Positions 28,297 through 36,421 of a DNA stretch of 64,000 nucleotides are shown piece after piece (within the stretch, counting starts at the first letter, position 1; each line of letters begins with the position of its first letter). The position numbers and the translations under genes were made by a program. Below the pieces are notes generated by a model, which was not told the DNA's origin, made no database searches, and saw only the letters and a program-made list of their open reading frames with translations. Source of the DNA: Acidimicrobiales bacterium (lineage in GTDB: Bacteria; Actinomycetota; Acidimicrobiia; Acidimicrobiales; SHLQ01); the NCBI GenBank assembly GCA_965216815.1, contig OZ244202.1, positions 785,762 through 849,761 of the forward strand. Reading direction: 5' to 3'.

Positions 28297-29511
28297 TCAC
28301 TTGCGGTTGAGCGACACCACCATCCGGAGCTCGAGCGACATGCGTTCCACCGAACGACGTGCCGCTCTCGCGCGAGGGAGCCAATCGACGGCGTTCTCGC
28401 ACGTCGCTTCGGGATCGGCGCCGGCTTCGTCGAGGACCGCTTGCATGTTGTCGAGCGCGGCTTTCAGAGGCGGCGGAGTCTGTGAGCTCCGCGCCTGTGG
28501 TTCGGTCGAGGTTGCCTCGACAAGGTTTGCCACGTCGGTGGCCTTGGTAGCGGCCTCGGCGGCCTCGAGTGCCCGATAGAGCTGCTCTGCTACGTCCTCA
28601 CCCGGCAGGGTGCACGATCCGTGTGGTGTGCTCAACGTGTCGAACACGTAAGCGTTTCGATGGTCCATTTCGGTGCGCACGTACCAGCGCTGAGCGTCGT
28701 CGTGAAGGAACGCCCAGATGTCGTTGATCTCCATCTCGTCTTTGCGGTCGAGAAAGGACCCGGTGTGTAGCCCGTAGCGGAGCTGGTGGCTGCGCCGGTC
28801 GATGGTTCGGCCGTCGGCCAACGCCAACGGCTGGACGATCTGTTGCAGCGGAATCCACAGGTTCACCAACATGAGCGACGCATGGCTGTTGGAGCCGTCG
28901 GGCGACTCGTAGCGGAACATCTCGGGTGCGCGGCCTTCCATCAGCTGGAGCAGAGGCGTTCCGAACACGTCCTGGTCGACATGAACCGACCTGGCGACGC
29001 CGTGGCCGTTCATGCCTTGCGAGAGTTCGCCGACGATCGCGAGACCGTTCGGACCCGAGCTTCGCATGATGAAGCCCTCGTCGGACACGTGGGCGACGGA
29101 GACGGTCGAACCTCCCGCCAGGGACAGCTCGGCGTTGTTCAATGCTGCCCTGATCGTCGCAGCGTCGTTGTCGCTGATCTCGCCGGCAGCACATACCCGT
29201 TCGCAGGCTTCTTGTAGCGAATCGATTCCCGATAGGTCGGCCACGTCGAACCCGACCTCGTGAAGGCTGGGCTGCAACTCCGTGCCTCGGGTGCCATCGA
29301 CCGCGCGACAGATGTGTCGTTCGACGTTCGCGTCGCCATAGGGCGCAGATGCGCGCGGTCCCGCCCGCATCAAGCCCGGGTGGTCGGGGTCCTCGATCGC
29401 CACCGAACGCGGCGAGAACCCTAGCTCGATGTCGAGTGTTGTGCGGTCCTGGCCCACGAGATCGGAGGGTAGCTCAGTCGACGCTGCGACTCCCAGCGAC
29501 TGCGGGGGCAA
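28297..29511 (-). CDS. Hypothetical protein, possibly a CmcJ/NvfI-like oxygenase fold
   Basis: 404-aa ORF. 'ARSVHVDQD' and 'LVNLWIPLQQIVQPLALADGRTI' resemble the HxD and N(V/L)WxPL motifs recalled for that family. The assignment is weak and from memory. Confidence 0.4.
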   Translation of the reverse strand: MPPQSLGVAASTELPSDLVGQDRTTLDIELGFSPRSVAIEDPDHPGLMRAGPRASAPYGDANVERHICRAVDGTRGTELQPSLHEVGFDVADLSGIDSLQEACERVCAAGEISDNDAATIRAALNNAELSLAGGSTVSVAHVSDEGFIMRSSGPNGLAIVGELSQGMNGHGVARSVHVDQDVFGTPLLQLMEGRAPEMFRYESPDGSNSHASLMLVNLWIPLQQIVQPLALADGRTIDRRSHQLRYGLHTGSFLDRKDEMEINDIWAFLHDDAQRWYVRTEMDHRNAYVFDTLSTPHGSCTLPGEDVAEQLYRALEAAEAATKATDVANLVEATSTEPQARSSQTPPPLKAALDNMQAVLDEAGADPEATCENAVDWLPRARAARRSVERMSLELRMVVSLNRK

Positions 29512-29579
29512 TGTTCGGTTTCGAGCGCCTATCGCCTTGTGGTGTCGTCGCGTACGAGCGCCCTAGCGTTCGCAGGGCC

Positions 29580-30512
29580 ATGACGTCGCCCTCCGAGCCG
29601 CAACCGAATCGCCCCGTCGTGCATAGCCGGCTCGGTACGGCGGCGGTCAGCGGCGCGATGATCGCATTCGGAATCAACAACGTGATCGTCCGCACGACGG
29701 ATCTGACAGGTGTCGTGACAGCGTCGTATCGGCTCGTTGTGGGAGTCGTCCTGCTCGTGGGTGTCCTGGTACTGATGCGTCGTAGTCCGAGCACCGCCGG
29801 GCTGAGGCTCGCACTGCTACCGGGCCTCGCCTACGGCTCGTCGATCCTGTTGTTCTTCAGTGCGTTCAAGGAGACCTCGATCGCCAATGCCACGCTTATA
29901 GCCGCTCTCCAGTCGGGGGTGAGCCTCGCCGTTGTGGGACCGATCTTCGGTGAGCGAGTGCGCTGGAGCGAGCTCATGTTGACGGCGCTTGCGACCGGGG
30001 GTGTGGCTTTGGTCATTTTCGGTGCCGAGACCGGAGGCTCCGGGTCGCTTCACGGCGACCTCTTGGCCGTGGCCGCGATGTTGGCCAATACGGCCTATTT
30101 CGTCCTCGGCAAACGTGCGCGCGAGGCATCGAAGGTTGAGGCTGGCGACTTCCAGGTCGGACTGCTCGTCGTCGCAACCATCTTGACGATTCCGTTCGTG
30201 CTGTTCGAGGGTCCGCCGCCGGTGCCCGATGCGACCGATTCGCTGCGGCTGTTGGTGCTAGCGGTCGGCGGAACGGCCGGGCACTTCGCGATCAACTGGG
30301 CGCACCGCCACGTGACCCTCACCGTCGCGTCGCTGTTGACCCTCGCCGTGCCGGTCGTTTCGTCGACCGTCGCATGGTTCGCGCTGGATGAACGCCTCGG
30401 AGCGCTTCAGTGGGTCGGTGCGGTTGTGACCTTGGCCGCGCTGGCTCTCGTCGTGATTCGAGCGGTGCGTCCGCTCCCGGAACCGATGCGGGTACGCGAC
30501 GAAGATGGCTAG
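29580..30512 (+). CDS. EamA/DMT-family transporter
   Basis: About 10 hydrophobic helices in two EamA-like halves. ATG at 29580 is preferred over the ORF-track start at 29349. Confidence 0.75.
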   Translation: MTSPSEPQPNRPVVHSRLGTAAVSGAMIAFGINNVIVRTTDLTGVVTASYRLVVGVVLLVGVLVLMRRSPSTAGLRLALLPGLAYGSSILLFFSAFKETSIANATLIAALQSGVSLAVVGPIFGERVRWSELMLTALATGGVALVIFGAETGGSGSLHGDLLAVAAMLANTAYFVLGKRAREASKVEAGDFQVGLLVVATILTIPFVLFEGPPPVPDATDSLRLLVLAVGGTAGHFAINWAHRHVTLTVASLLTLAVPVVSSTVAWFALDERLGALQWVGAVVTLAALALVVIRAVRPLPEPMRVRDEDG

Positions 30513-30520
30513 GCGACGGC

Positions 30521-30624
30521 GAGCGGAACTCGAAGCTCGGTTGGCGACGGGGTGTGGTTGCGCGGCGCGATGTTTCGAGCGGAGCTCGAAACTCGGTTAG
30601 CGACGAGCGAAGCGAGGAGCGACG
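30521..30624 (-). repeat. tRNA 3'-flank hairpin element (full copy 30568-30624) plus a degenerate second copy (30521-30550)
   Basis: On the sense strand: 'CGTCGCTCCTCGCTTCGCTCGTCGCTAACCGAGTTTCGAGCTCCGCTCGAAACATCG'. Confidence 0.75.
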
Positions 30625-30715
30625 CGGAGAGGGTGGGATTTGAACCCACGAGGGACCTTTCGATCCCTACTCCCTTAGCAGGGGAGCGCCTTCGACCTGA
30701 CTCGGCCACCTCTCC
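30625..30715 (-). tRNA. tRNA-Ser (anticodon GCT)
   Basis: Hand-folded. Acceptor GGAGAGG/CCTCTCC, anticodon arm CTCCC-CTGCTAA-GGGAG, long variable arm, T arm GTGGGTTCAAATCCCAC. Confidence 0.9.
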
Positions 30716-30755
30716 GAATGGACCGAGCGTAGCTGTTGCGTTCCCAGTGGCCCAC

Positions 30756-31772
30756 GTGGTTGTCGCTACATTGACGATCTTGCAAGCGATTCCTACTCCT
30801 GCGCTGATCGTTGACGGGCCGACCCTCGACCGGAACCTCGCCGCTATGGATGTGGTGCTCCCCGGGAAACGTCTGCGACCGCACGTGAAGGCGTTCAAGT
30901 CGACCGCGTTGGCGACGCGACTGGCCGCCGACGGCCATATTGCGTTCTGCGCCGCGACGCCACGGGAGATCGAAGGACTGGTTTCGGCCGGCCTCGGCGA
31001 AGATCTGCTGTTGGCGAACGAGTCGCTCGACGTCTCCCGTCTCGGGGCACTCGCCGATACCGCTAATATCACGGTCGCTGTCGACTCCGACGAGACACTC
31101 GCAGCCGTCATCGACGCCGACATTCGTTCGGTGCTAGTCGACATCGAGGTCGGGCTGCCTCGCTGCGGCTGCGACCCGGAAACCGCCGGTCGGCTCGCCG
31201 ATAAGGCTCGCAAGGCGGGTGTCGAGGTGCGCGGCGTCATGGGGTATGAGGGTCACCTGATGATGGTCGACGACCGTGAGGAGCGCACCGAACGGGTAGC
31301 GGAGGCCATGGGTGTGCTCATGAGAGCGGTCGACATCGTCGGTGGTGATGTGATTTCCGGTGGCGGTACGGGGACCTTCGACACGAACACCTGGTGTACC
31401 GAGATCCAGGCCGGCAGCTACACGCTCATGGACACCGACTACGCCAAGCTCGACCTGCCCTTCGAGATCGCGCTGAGCGTCGAGGCAACCGTCGTGTCGA
31501 CGAGTCCCAAAGGGTGGATCGTCGTCGATGCGGGTCTCAAGGCGTTTGGCATGGATCACGGTGACCCGACCTGGGACGGCGGCGAGGTCCTGTTCTGTTC
31601 GGACGAACACACCACCCTCGCGCCGGACGCCTTGGGCGACTGGAGCGTCGGCGATCGCATTCGGCTGCTACCGGCACACGTGGACCCCACCGTCGCCCGC
31701 CACGAGCACATGTGGGTGGTCGATGGCGGCGAGGTCGTCGACCGATGGGACGTCGACCTGCGCCACTGGTAG
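30756..31772 (+). CDS. PLP-dependent D-threonine-aldolase/D-serine-dehydratase-like enzyme (alanine racemase N-terminal fold)
   Basis: 'IPTPALIVDGPTLDRNLAAM', 'RPHVKAFKS' (PLP lysine), and a C-terminal 'LLPAHVDPTV'. The ORF-track start at 30552 runs through the tRNA. GTG at 30756 or 30747 are candidate starts. Confidence 0.7.
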   Translation: MVVATLTILQAIPTPALIVDGPTLDRNLAAMDVVLPGKRLRPHVKAFKSTALATRLAADGHIAFCAATPREIEGLVSAGLGEDLLLANESLDVSRLGALADTANITVAVDSDETLAAVIDADIRSVLVDIEVGLPRCGCDPETAGRLADKARKAGVEVRGVMGYEGHLMMVDDREERTERVAEAMGVLMRAVDIVGGDVISGGGTGTFDTNTWCTEIQAGSYTLMDTDYAKLDLPFEIALSVEATVVSTSPKGWIVVDAGLKAFGMDHGDPTWDGGEVLFCSDEHTTLAPDALGDWSVGDRIRLLPAHVDPTVARHEHMWVVDGGEVVDRWDVDLRHW

Positions 31773-31784
31773 GCGTGTCCGTCG

Positions 31785-31984
31785 CTTAGCCTGGATCCAC
31801 CGAAATGAGTTGATGCCCCTTAGTCCAGGCTTCGCATCACTGCCTTCCAGGCGGGCCGTTCTAGCGCCACGGAGGCGCTTTCATCGACGGTCACGAGGCG
31901 TACCTGTTGCCAAGAGCCTCCGTGGCTTGAACGGCCTTCCGGAGGGGCGATGTAAACGGCTAGAAACGGTGGATCCAGGCTTAG
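31785..31984. other. 200-bp element bounded by 18-bp inverted repeats, with nested internal inverted repeats (candidate structured RNA or MITE)
   Basis: Outer arms are 31785-31802 and 31967-31984 (one mismatch). Nested pairs are GGCCGTT 31854-31860 with AACGGCC 31930-31936, and GCCACGGAGGC 31866-31876 with GCCTCCGTGGC 31916-31926. Confidence 0.5.
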
Positions 31985-32610
31985 TCGACGGGTGCAGTGG
32001 ACGCGAAGGCCCGCGCTCGGTCGAGCGCTGCCAGTCGTTCGTCGCTGTTCGGGTTGCCGACCATGACGTAGTCGTCAGCGAGGTGGGGGTGCAGCTCTCC
32101 GTCGCCGTCGAGCATCCAGGGCAGGGCCATTCGTCTGGGTACGCGCACGCGTTCGGGCACCTCGCGGGTGCCGAAGACGATGTCCCAAAGCGCGATGCTG
32201 ACACCGTGGTTCGACAGCGGGTTGCCGAAGTGGTGGTGCAGATGGTGGCGCCGTAGCCAGGTCGAGTATCGCCCGGCGGGCCCTCGGAGATGTGAGATGG
32301 CGTGTTCGTACTCGTAGAGGAAGTAGCCGATGATCCAGCCCGCTCCGAGAGCCGCTCCGGCCGGCCCGAAAAGCAGATAGCCGATCGGCGCCCATAGACC
32401 GCCTCCGACGAGGAACACGCCCGCCCAGCTCAACAGGTGGGTGTAGGAGAAATGCCACTGCGCGTGCACGTGATGTTCCAGGTGCTCGCGGCTCATGATG
32501 CCCTTGCCGCCGAGCGCATGCATTGCAAAGCGGTGTAGCAGATACTCGGCGAGGGTCCACAGGACGATGCCGGCCAGCACCATGGCGACTATGGAGACGA
32601 AGGCACTCAT
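31981..32610 (-). CDS. Fatty acid hydroxylase / sterol desaturase-family membrane protein
   Basis: His boxes 'HRFAMH', 'HLEHHVH' and 'HHLHHH'. The ATG overlaps the upstream TetR stop (ATGA). Confidence 0.75.
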   Translation of the reverse strand: MSAFVSIVAMVLAGIVLWTLAEYLLHRFAMHALGGKGIMSREHLEHHVHAQWHFSYTHLLSWAGVFLVGGGLWAPIGYLLFGPAGAALGAGWIIGYFLYEYEHAISHLRGPAGRYSTWLRRHHLHHHFGNPLSNHGVSIALWDIVFGTREVPERVRVPRRMALPWMLDGDGELHPHLADDYVMVGNPNSDERLAALDRARAFASTAPVD

Positions 32611-33392
32611 CGTCCAACTCCTTCGGAGGATGTGTTCGTCGACCACTTTCGTGCGATCTCCCGGGCGGCATTCAGGTCGGCGGCCGGCGCGCCCCAGCCA
32701 CGCAACAACGATGCGGTCAGCTCGCCGCCGATGGCCCAGCCGTCGGTCGGAAGCCCGGTCGTGAGCTGATCGGTGAGGAGGGCTCCGTTCAGCGCGACGA
32801 CCCATGCGAACGTGCGCACGAGCGCACCTTCGACGGTGTTGCCGATCGGGTCGATCACCTCGGTGTGATCGTCGAGAGCTCCGCAAGCGACTGCGTCGGC
32901 TAGGAGTTGTCGAGGGAGGTCAAGCGCCTCCATCGCGGTTGGAACGACCGTCGCTGCATCCTGTACATCCTCGTGGCCGGGGGAGACCAGCAAGCGCTGC
33001 TGGAGCTGGAACTCGCGCGGGTATCGGCGCGGCGCGGCCAGGAAGAGGTCGGAGAATCCCCACAGTCGGGCCAGCGCCGCCACTCGAGTGTCGAGATCGT
33101 CATAGTCGTCCCGCAGCGCCCGGTTCCAGTGGTCGAGCTCGTCGAGTGATGCTCGCTTCAGTTCGACGATCGCACTCTGTTGTAGGGCCGCGATCAGAGC
33201 GCTTCTCGACTTGAAGTAGGTGTAGAGCGAAGCCGTTGCGTAGTCGGCGGCTTCGGCCAGAGCCCCCATCGTGAGGCTCTCTACGCCGCCGTCGTCGACG
33301 ATGTCGGCGGCCAGATCGAGCAGGTGCTGACGTCGGGCGTGGTGCTTGCGGGTCCGCCGATCGATCGATGGCGATACGGTTTCCGAATCCAT
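32607..33392 (-). CDS. TetR-family transcriptional regulator
   Basis: The HTH spans 'LTMGALAEAADYATASLYTYFKSRSALI'. Start is ATG at 33392 ('MDSETVSPS'). Confidence 0.8.
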   Translation of the reverse strand: MDSETVSPSIDRRTRKHHARRQHLLDLAADIVDDGGVESLTMGALAEAADYATASLYTYFKSRSALIAALQQSAIVELKRASLDELDHWNRALRDDYDDLDTRVAALARLWGFSDLFLAAPRRYPREFQLQQRLLVSPGHEDVQDAATVVPTAMEALDLPRQLLADAVACGALDDHTEVIDPIGNTVEGALVRTFAWVVALNGALLTDQLTTGLPTDGWAIGGELTASLLRGWGAPAADLNAAREIARKWSTNTSSEGVGR

Positions 33393-33406
33393 TTCGGAAA
33401 CCGTAT
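33374..33406. promoter_or_regulatory. Perfect 14-bp-arm palindrome overlapping the TetR start codon (candidate operator)
   Basis: ATACGGTTTCCGAA-TCCAT-TTCGGAAACCGTAT. The TetR ATG is the reverse complement of the spacer's CAT. Confidence 0.6.
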
Positions 33407-33462
33407 ATCTGTCAGTAGCTGTGTGCAACCTCGCGACGGCATGTGGTGGGGTAGGTACCGGA

Positions 33463-34173
33463 TCAGAGCCCGATGGCGTCGTCGAGTAGCGACCGGACGA
33501 CCTGAGACTTCGCGTCGGTGTATGCCCGGCGGTCGTAGCCGGGCTCGTCGACAAGTTCCTTCTTCACCGCCTCGTACCGCTCGCGTGCCTCGGGGCTCTG
33601 CCTGAGCAGGTCTCGTAGGAGCAGGTAGTCGAGCCACTGCGATTTGCCATGTTCGACGATGTGGATGTGCGCTACCCGGTACCAGGGCCGGGTCTCGAGG
33701 ACGCAAACGTGGCCGCCGCTGTCGCCGGCGTCGCCCCGGTAGATCCAACCCGTGCCCTTCAACGCCTCGAGAGCGGCATCGACGTCCGGTAGCGCCGTCA
33801 CTCCGACCGCTAGATCGACGATCGGCTTGGCGAGGAGACCGACCACGGCCGACGAGCCGATCTGTTCGACCGCCACGACTTTGTGCTGGAGGCGATCTGC
33901 GACCTCGTCTCGTAGCGACGCACCGGCGGTCACCCAGCCTTCGGTAGTGCGGTCGAGCCTCAATAGGTTGTAGTCGAGCCCGAGCCCTTCATCGGCGAGT
34001 GCCTGTGCGGTCGCATTTCGCGGGCGACTCATACGGGCTTGCATACCACGCGGACCTTGGCCGACCACATCAACCATGTGGTATGTCGGACCGAAGCCGA
34101 GATGATCCAGCGCCTGCTGGAGCGACAGGGTGCCCGTTCTGGCGAAACCAGCGCCGATGACTTCAAGAGTCAC
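33463..34173 (-). CDS. GrpB-family protein whose ORF carries an in-frame N-terminal fragment of a sulfotransferase-like gene
   Basis: The C-terminal roughly 190 aa fit GrpB ('VEQIGSSAVVGLLAKPIVDLAVGV', 'HIHIVEHGKSQWLDYLLLRDLLRQSPEARERYEAVK'). The first roughly 33 aa, 'MTLEVIGAGFARTGTLSLQQALDHLGFGPTYHM', fit a Sulfotransfer_4 N-terminus. Internal ATGs at 34044 and 34032 are plausible true GrpB starts. Confidence 0.6.
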   Translation of the reverse strand: MTLEVIGAGFARTGTLSLQQALDHLGFGPTYHMVDVVGQGPRGMQARMSRPRNATAQALADEGLGLDYNLLRLDRTTEGWVTAGASLRDEVADRLQHKVVAVEQIGSSAVVGLLAKPIVDLAVGVTALPDVDAALEALKGTGWIYRGDAGDSGGHVCVLETRPWYRVAHIHIVEHGKSQWLDYLLLRDLLRQSPEARERYEAVKKELVDEPGYDRRAYTDAKSQVVRSLLDDAIGL

Positions 34174-34215
34174 GATCCCGTTCTACCCGCGACTGCCGGC
34201 CAGCACTTGGTCAAC

Positions 34216-34563
34216 TCAGAGGTCGAGATGAATGCGCAACGCTTCATCGAGCTGTTCAGCGAGTACGAATCCGAGCGAACCAACCACCTCGCCGAGCCGT
34301 TCGACCGCCACGGATCGAACCTGTTCGGCCTGGGCCTTGGAATCGACATCGAGACCGGTCTCGTCTGCTGGCAACAGCACCTGGAAGGGATGGATGCGAT
34401 CGGTGTTCGAAGTCACTGGCACAACCGTGATCACCCCTCGGCCGAGTCGAGCCGCCGTCGTGTTCGCTCCGTCGTTGCTCACAACAACGGCAGGACGGGT
34501 TAGGGCTGCTTCGCTGCCGATGACCGGGTCGAGATTGACCAGGCGGATCTCCGTGCGACGCAT
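34216..34563 (-). CDS. mazF: MazF/PemK-family endoribonuclease toxin
   Basis: 'IRLVNLDPVIGSEAALTRPAVVVSND...VVPVTSN...ADETGLDVDSKAQAEQVRSV'. ATG at 34563 overlaps the antitoxin stop (ATGA). Confidence 0.8.
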   Translation of the reverse strand: MRRTEIRLVNLDPVIGSEAALTRPAVVVSNDGANTTAARLGRGVITVVPVTSNTDRIHPFQVLLPADETGLDVDSKAQAEQVRSVAVERLGEVVGSLGFVLAEQLDEALRIHLDL

Positions 34564-34778
34564 CAGCGGTCGACGACGGCGCTGTCCCACGCGTCACTAG
34601 CCGCAGTATCGTCCGCCCATTCGGCGAAGGCCGCTGCGTATGCGTCGCCGAGTTCGGATGCACGAAGCAAGCGAATGGCGCGCTGAACTGCCGCAGATCG
34701 AGATTCGATCTGGTGGGTCTTTGAGTAGTTGTCGAGGAACTCGACATCTTCGTCCGGGATGCTCACGCTGACCTTCAT
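34563..34778 (-). CDS. Ribbon-helix-helix antitoxin
   Basis: 'MKVSVSIPDEDVEFLDNYSKTHQIESRSAAVQRAIRLL' shows the RHH pattern, with an acidic C-terminal tail. Lies directly upstream of mazF. Confidence 0.7.
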   Translation of the reverse strand: MKVSVSIPDEDVEFLDNYSKTHQIESRSAAVQRAIRLLRASELGDAYAAAFAEWADDTAASDAWDSAVVDR

Positions 34779-34786
34779 TCCCTCGA

Positions 34787-34815
34787 TACTACCCCAGTAG
34801 TAAGCTGTTTACTAC
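34787..34815. promoter_or_regulatory. Candidate toxin-antitoxin operator
   Basis: GTAGTAA-GCTGT-TTACTAC palindrome at 34797-34815 plus an extra TACTACC half-site at 34787-34793, immediately upstream of the antitoxin start. Confidence 0.4.
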
Positions 34816-34858
34816 CATCCTGATCTGCCATGAGCCGGTCATGTGACGGGTGCCGGCG

Positions 34859-35596
34859 TCAGGAACTCGAGGTGTCAGGCGCGCCAGCGATGGCGATTCG
34901 ATACCCGACATCGAACTCCCGGAGTTCGCGCAGGTGCCCGTAGCGCCGGTCCCACTTCCCGCTCGCAAGGTCTGCGGCTAGTCGCTGGGATGCGGCGGCC
35001 CGAGCCTCGGGAGTCAGCCGAGCGATCCATGACATCCCCGCCTGGTTGGCCGGGTCGAGGTACTGCTCGGGCCGATTCCAGAAGGCGGCTCCTGCGGCGT
35101 CTTCGCAGTCGTGGGGCACATGCAAGTGCCGGGTCTCCACAACGTGAAGAACGTCGTGCACCACCTCGTGGTGGGGTCGGGAAGATCTTGGTTCGGCTCC
35201 AAAGTACTCGAACGGCCAGAACCCGTGATCGTCCAGCGGTTCGTAGTAGAGCACAATCTGTTTCGCGGAAACGCGACGCATCTCGGTAAGGCCCTGCGTT
35301 GCGTCTGTCCAGTGGTGAACGGTTGAGAGAGCCATTGCGACGTCGAATGCTCCGGTCCGAAATGGAAGTCGCTCGGCGGCAGCCTGAACCACGGGGTGAT
35401 CGGACCGCCGCTGCCGGATCATCGTTGTCGATGGCTCGGCTGCCACGACAGAATGCTGTGGCTCATAGTTCCCCGAGCCTGCGCCAACGTTGAGCAGCAA
35501 CTCCCAGTCGCCGAGCGCATTCTCGATCGCAGCTTTGAACCGGGGATCCTCTCGTCTCGTCGCCGAGTACGTGTGACCGATCTGGTCGTACAGCAC
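34859..35596 (-). CDS. Class I SAM-dependent methyltransferase
   Basis: 'LLNVGAGSGNYE' motif I, then 'LPFRTGAFDVAMALSTVHHW'. Confidence 0.75.
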   Translation of the reverse strand: MLYDQIGHTYSATRREDPRFKAAIENALGDWELLLNVGAGSGNYEPQHSVVAAEPSTTMIRQRRSDHPVVQAAAERLPFRTGAFDVAMALSTVHHWTDATQGLTEMRRVSAKQIVLYYEPLDDHGFWPFEYFGAEPRSSRPHHEVVHDVLHVVETRHLHVPHDCEDAAGAAFWNRPEQYLDPANQAGMSWIARLTPEARAAASQRLAADLASGKWDRRYGHLRELREFDVGYRIAIAGAPDTSSS

Positions 35597-35720
35597 CTCA
35601 TCATTGTCTCATGGCATGACGACGTTTCGCCCCGCCCGAGCGCGCTTGAAACGACAACCATGCTCGCCGTGTCGTTGTCAGGCGGTGTTCTGATCGGGCG
35701 TTTGGACCACACTGGCTGAC

Positions 35721-36203
35721 GTGGATCGAGTGTTGGTGCTGGGGCGAGGTGGATCTGGCAAGTCAGTGTTCTCAGGTGCCCTCGGAGCCAGGATCGGTGC
35801 CGAAGTAGTCGAACTCGACAAGGAGTTCTGGAGTCACAACCTCGAACCATTGACCGCCGCCGAGTGGGCTGACCGTCAACGCAGCCTGGCTCGGAAGCAG
35901 CGCTGGGTGATGGATGGTGACCTGGGTCCGTACGACGTCCTCGAGCCTCGCCTCCGCCGAGCTGACACCGTCGTCGTGCTCGATCTTCCGGTCCTGTTGT
36001 GTGCATGGCGAGCGTGGCGGCGCGGGCGCGAACGCCGTGACTTCTGGATATGGACGCTGCGTTGGCGGCGCGAGAGCCGTCCCCAGATTCTCGCGGCTGT
36101 CGCAGCATTCATTCCTGATGTTGACCTCGTCGTCCTCACGAATCGTCGCGCAGTCGAACGTTGGCTCTCAGGCGTCGACAAGAATGCGAAACGCGGCTAC
36201 TGA
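35721..36203 (+). CDS. P-loop NTPase (adenylate-kinase / topology-modulation-protein-like)
   Basis: 'VLVLGRGGSGKSV' Walker A, then 'WVMDGDLGPYD...ADTVVVLDLP'. GTG start. Confidence 0.65.
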   Translation: MDRVLVLGRGGSGKSVFSGALGARIGAEVVELDKEFWSHNLEPLTAAEWADRQRSLARKQRWVMDGDLGPYDVLEPRLRRADTVVVLDLPVLLCAWRAWRRGRERRDFWIWTLRWRRESRPQILAAVAAFIPDVDLVVLTNRRAVERWLSGVDKNAKRGY

Positions 36204-36285
36204 GGTCGGAGGCCGAACGGCGCGGTCCTCACGGGATGGGGTTCGAACTCCGACGTCGGTGTAGACAGCGACGTTTCGGCGCAGC
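36202..36285. repeat. Solo copy of the tRNA-flank-like module found in the 37835-38187 array
   Basis: 'GAGGTCGGAGGCCGAACGGCGCGGTCCTCACGGGATGGGGTTCGAACTCCGACGTCGGTGTAGACAGCGACGTTTCGG' is similar (not computed) to the B-type module. Its terminal hairpin is truncated. Confidence 0.75.
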
Positions 36286-36421
36286 AACTCTCGCGCACAG
36301 CCACGCTCTAATCGGATTCCCTTCTGAGATTTGGACCGTGCATCTGCGTGCCATTCGGTATGCCCTCTCGGTTGTCGCGCCGCGGCCCGTCACTCCCACG
36401 CTCAAGAACATTCAAATCAGC

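Noticed and set aside
30552-30755. N-terminal extension of the PLP-enzyme ORF
   Set aside because: The extension is antisense to tRNA-Ser(GCT) and its flank element. The conserved 'TPALIVD' N-terminus begins just after GTG 30756.
31785-31984. Assigning the inverted-repeat element to a named RNA family (SRP RNA, 6S RNA)
   Set aside because: The conserved SRP helix-8 sequence (GGAAGCAGCC) is absent. 6S RNA has no primary-sequence signature that I can check by eye, so only the structural description is reported.
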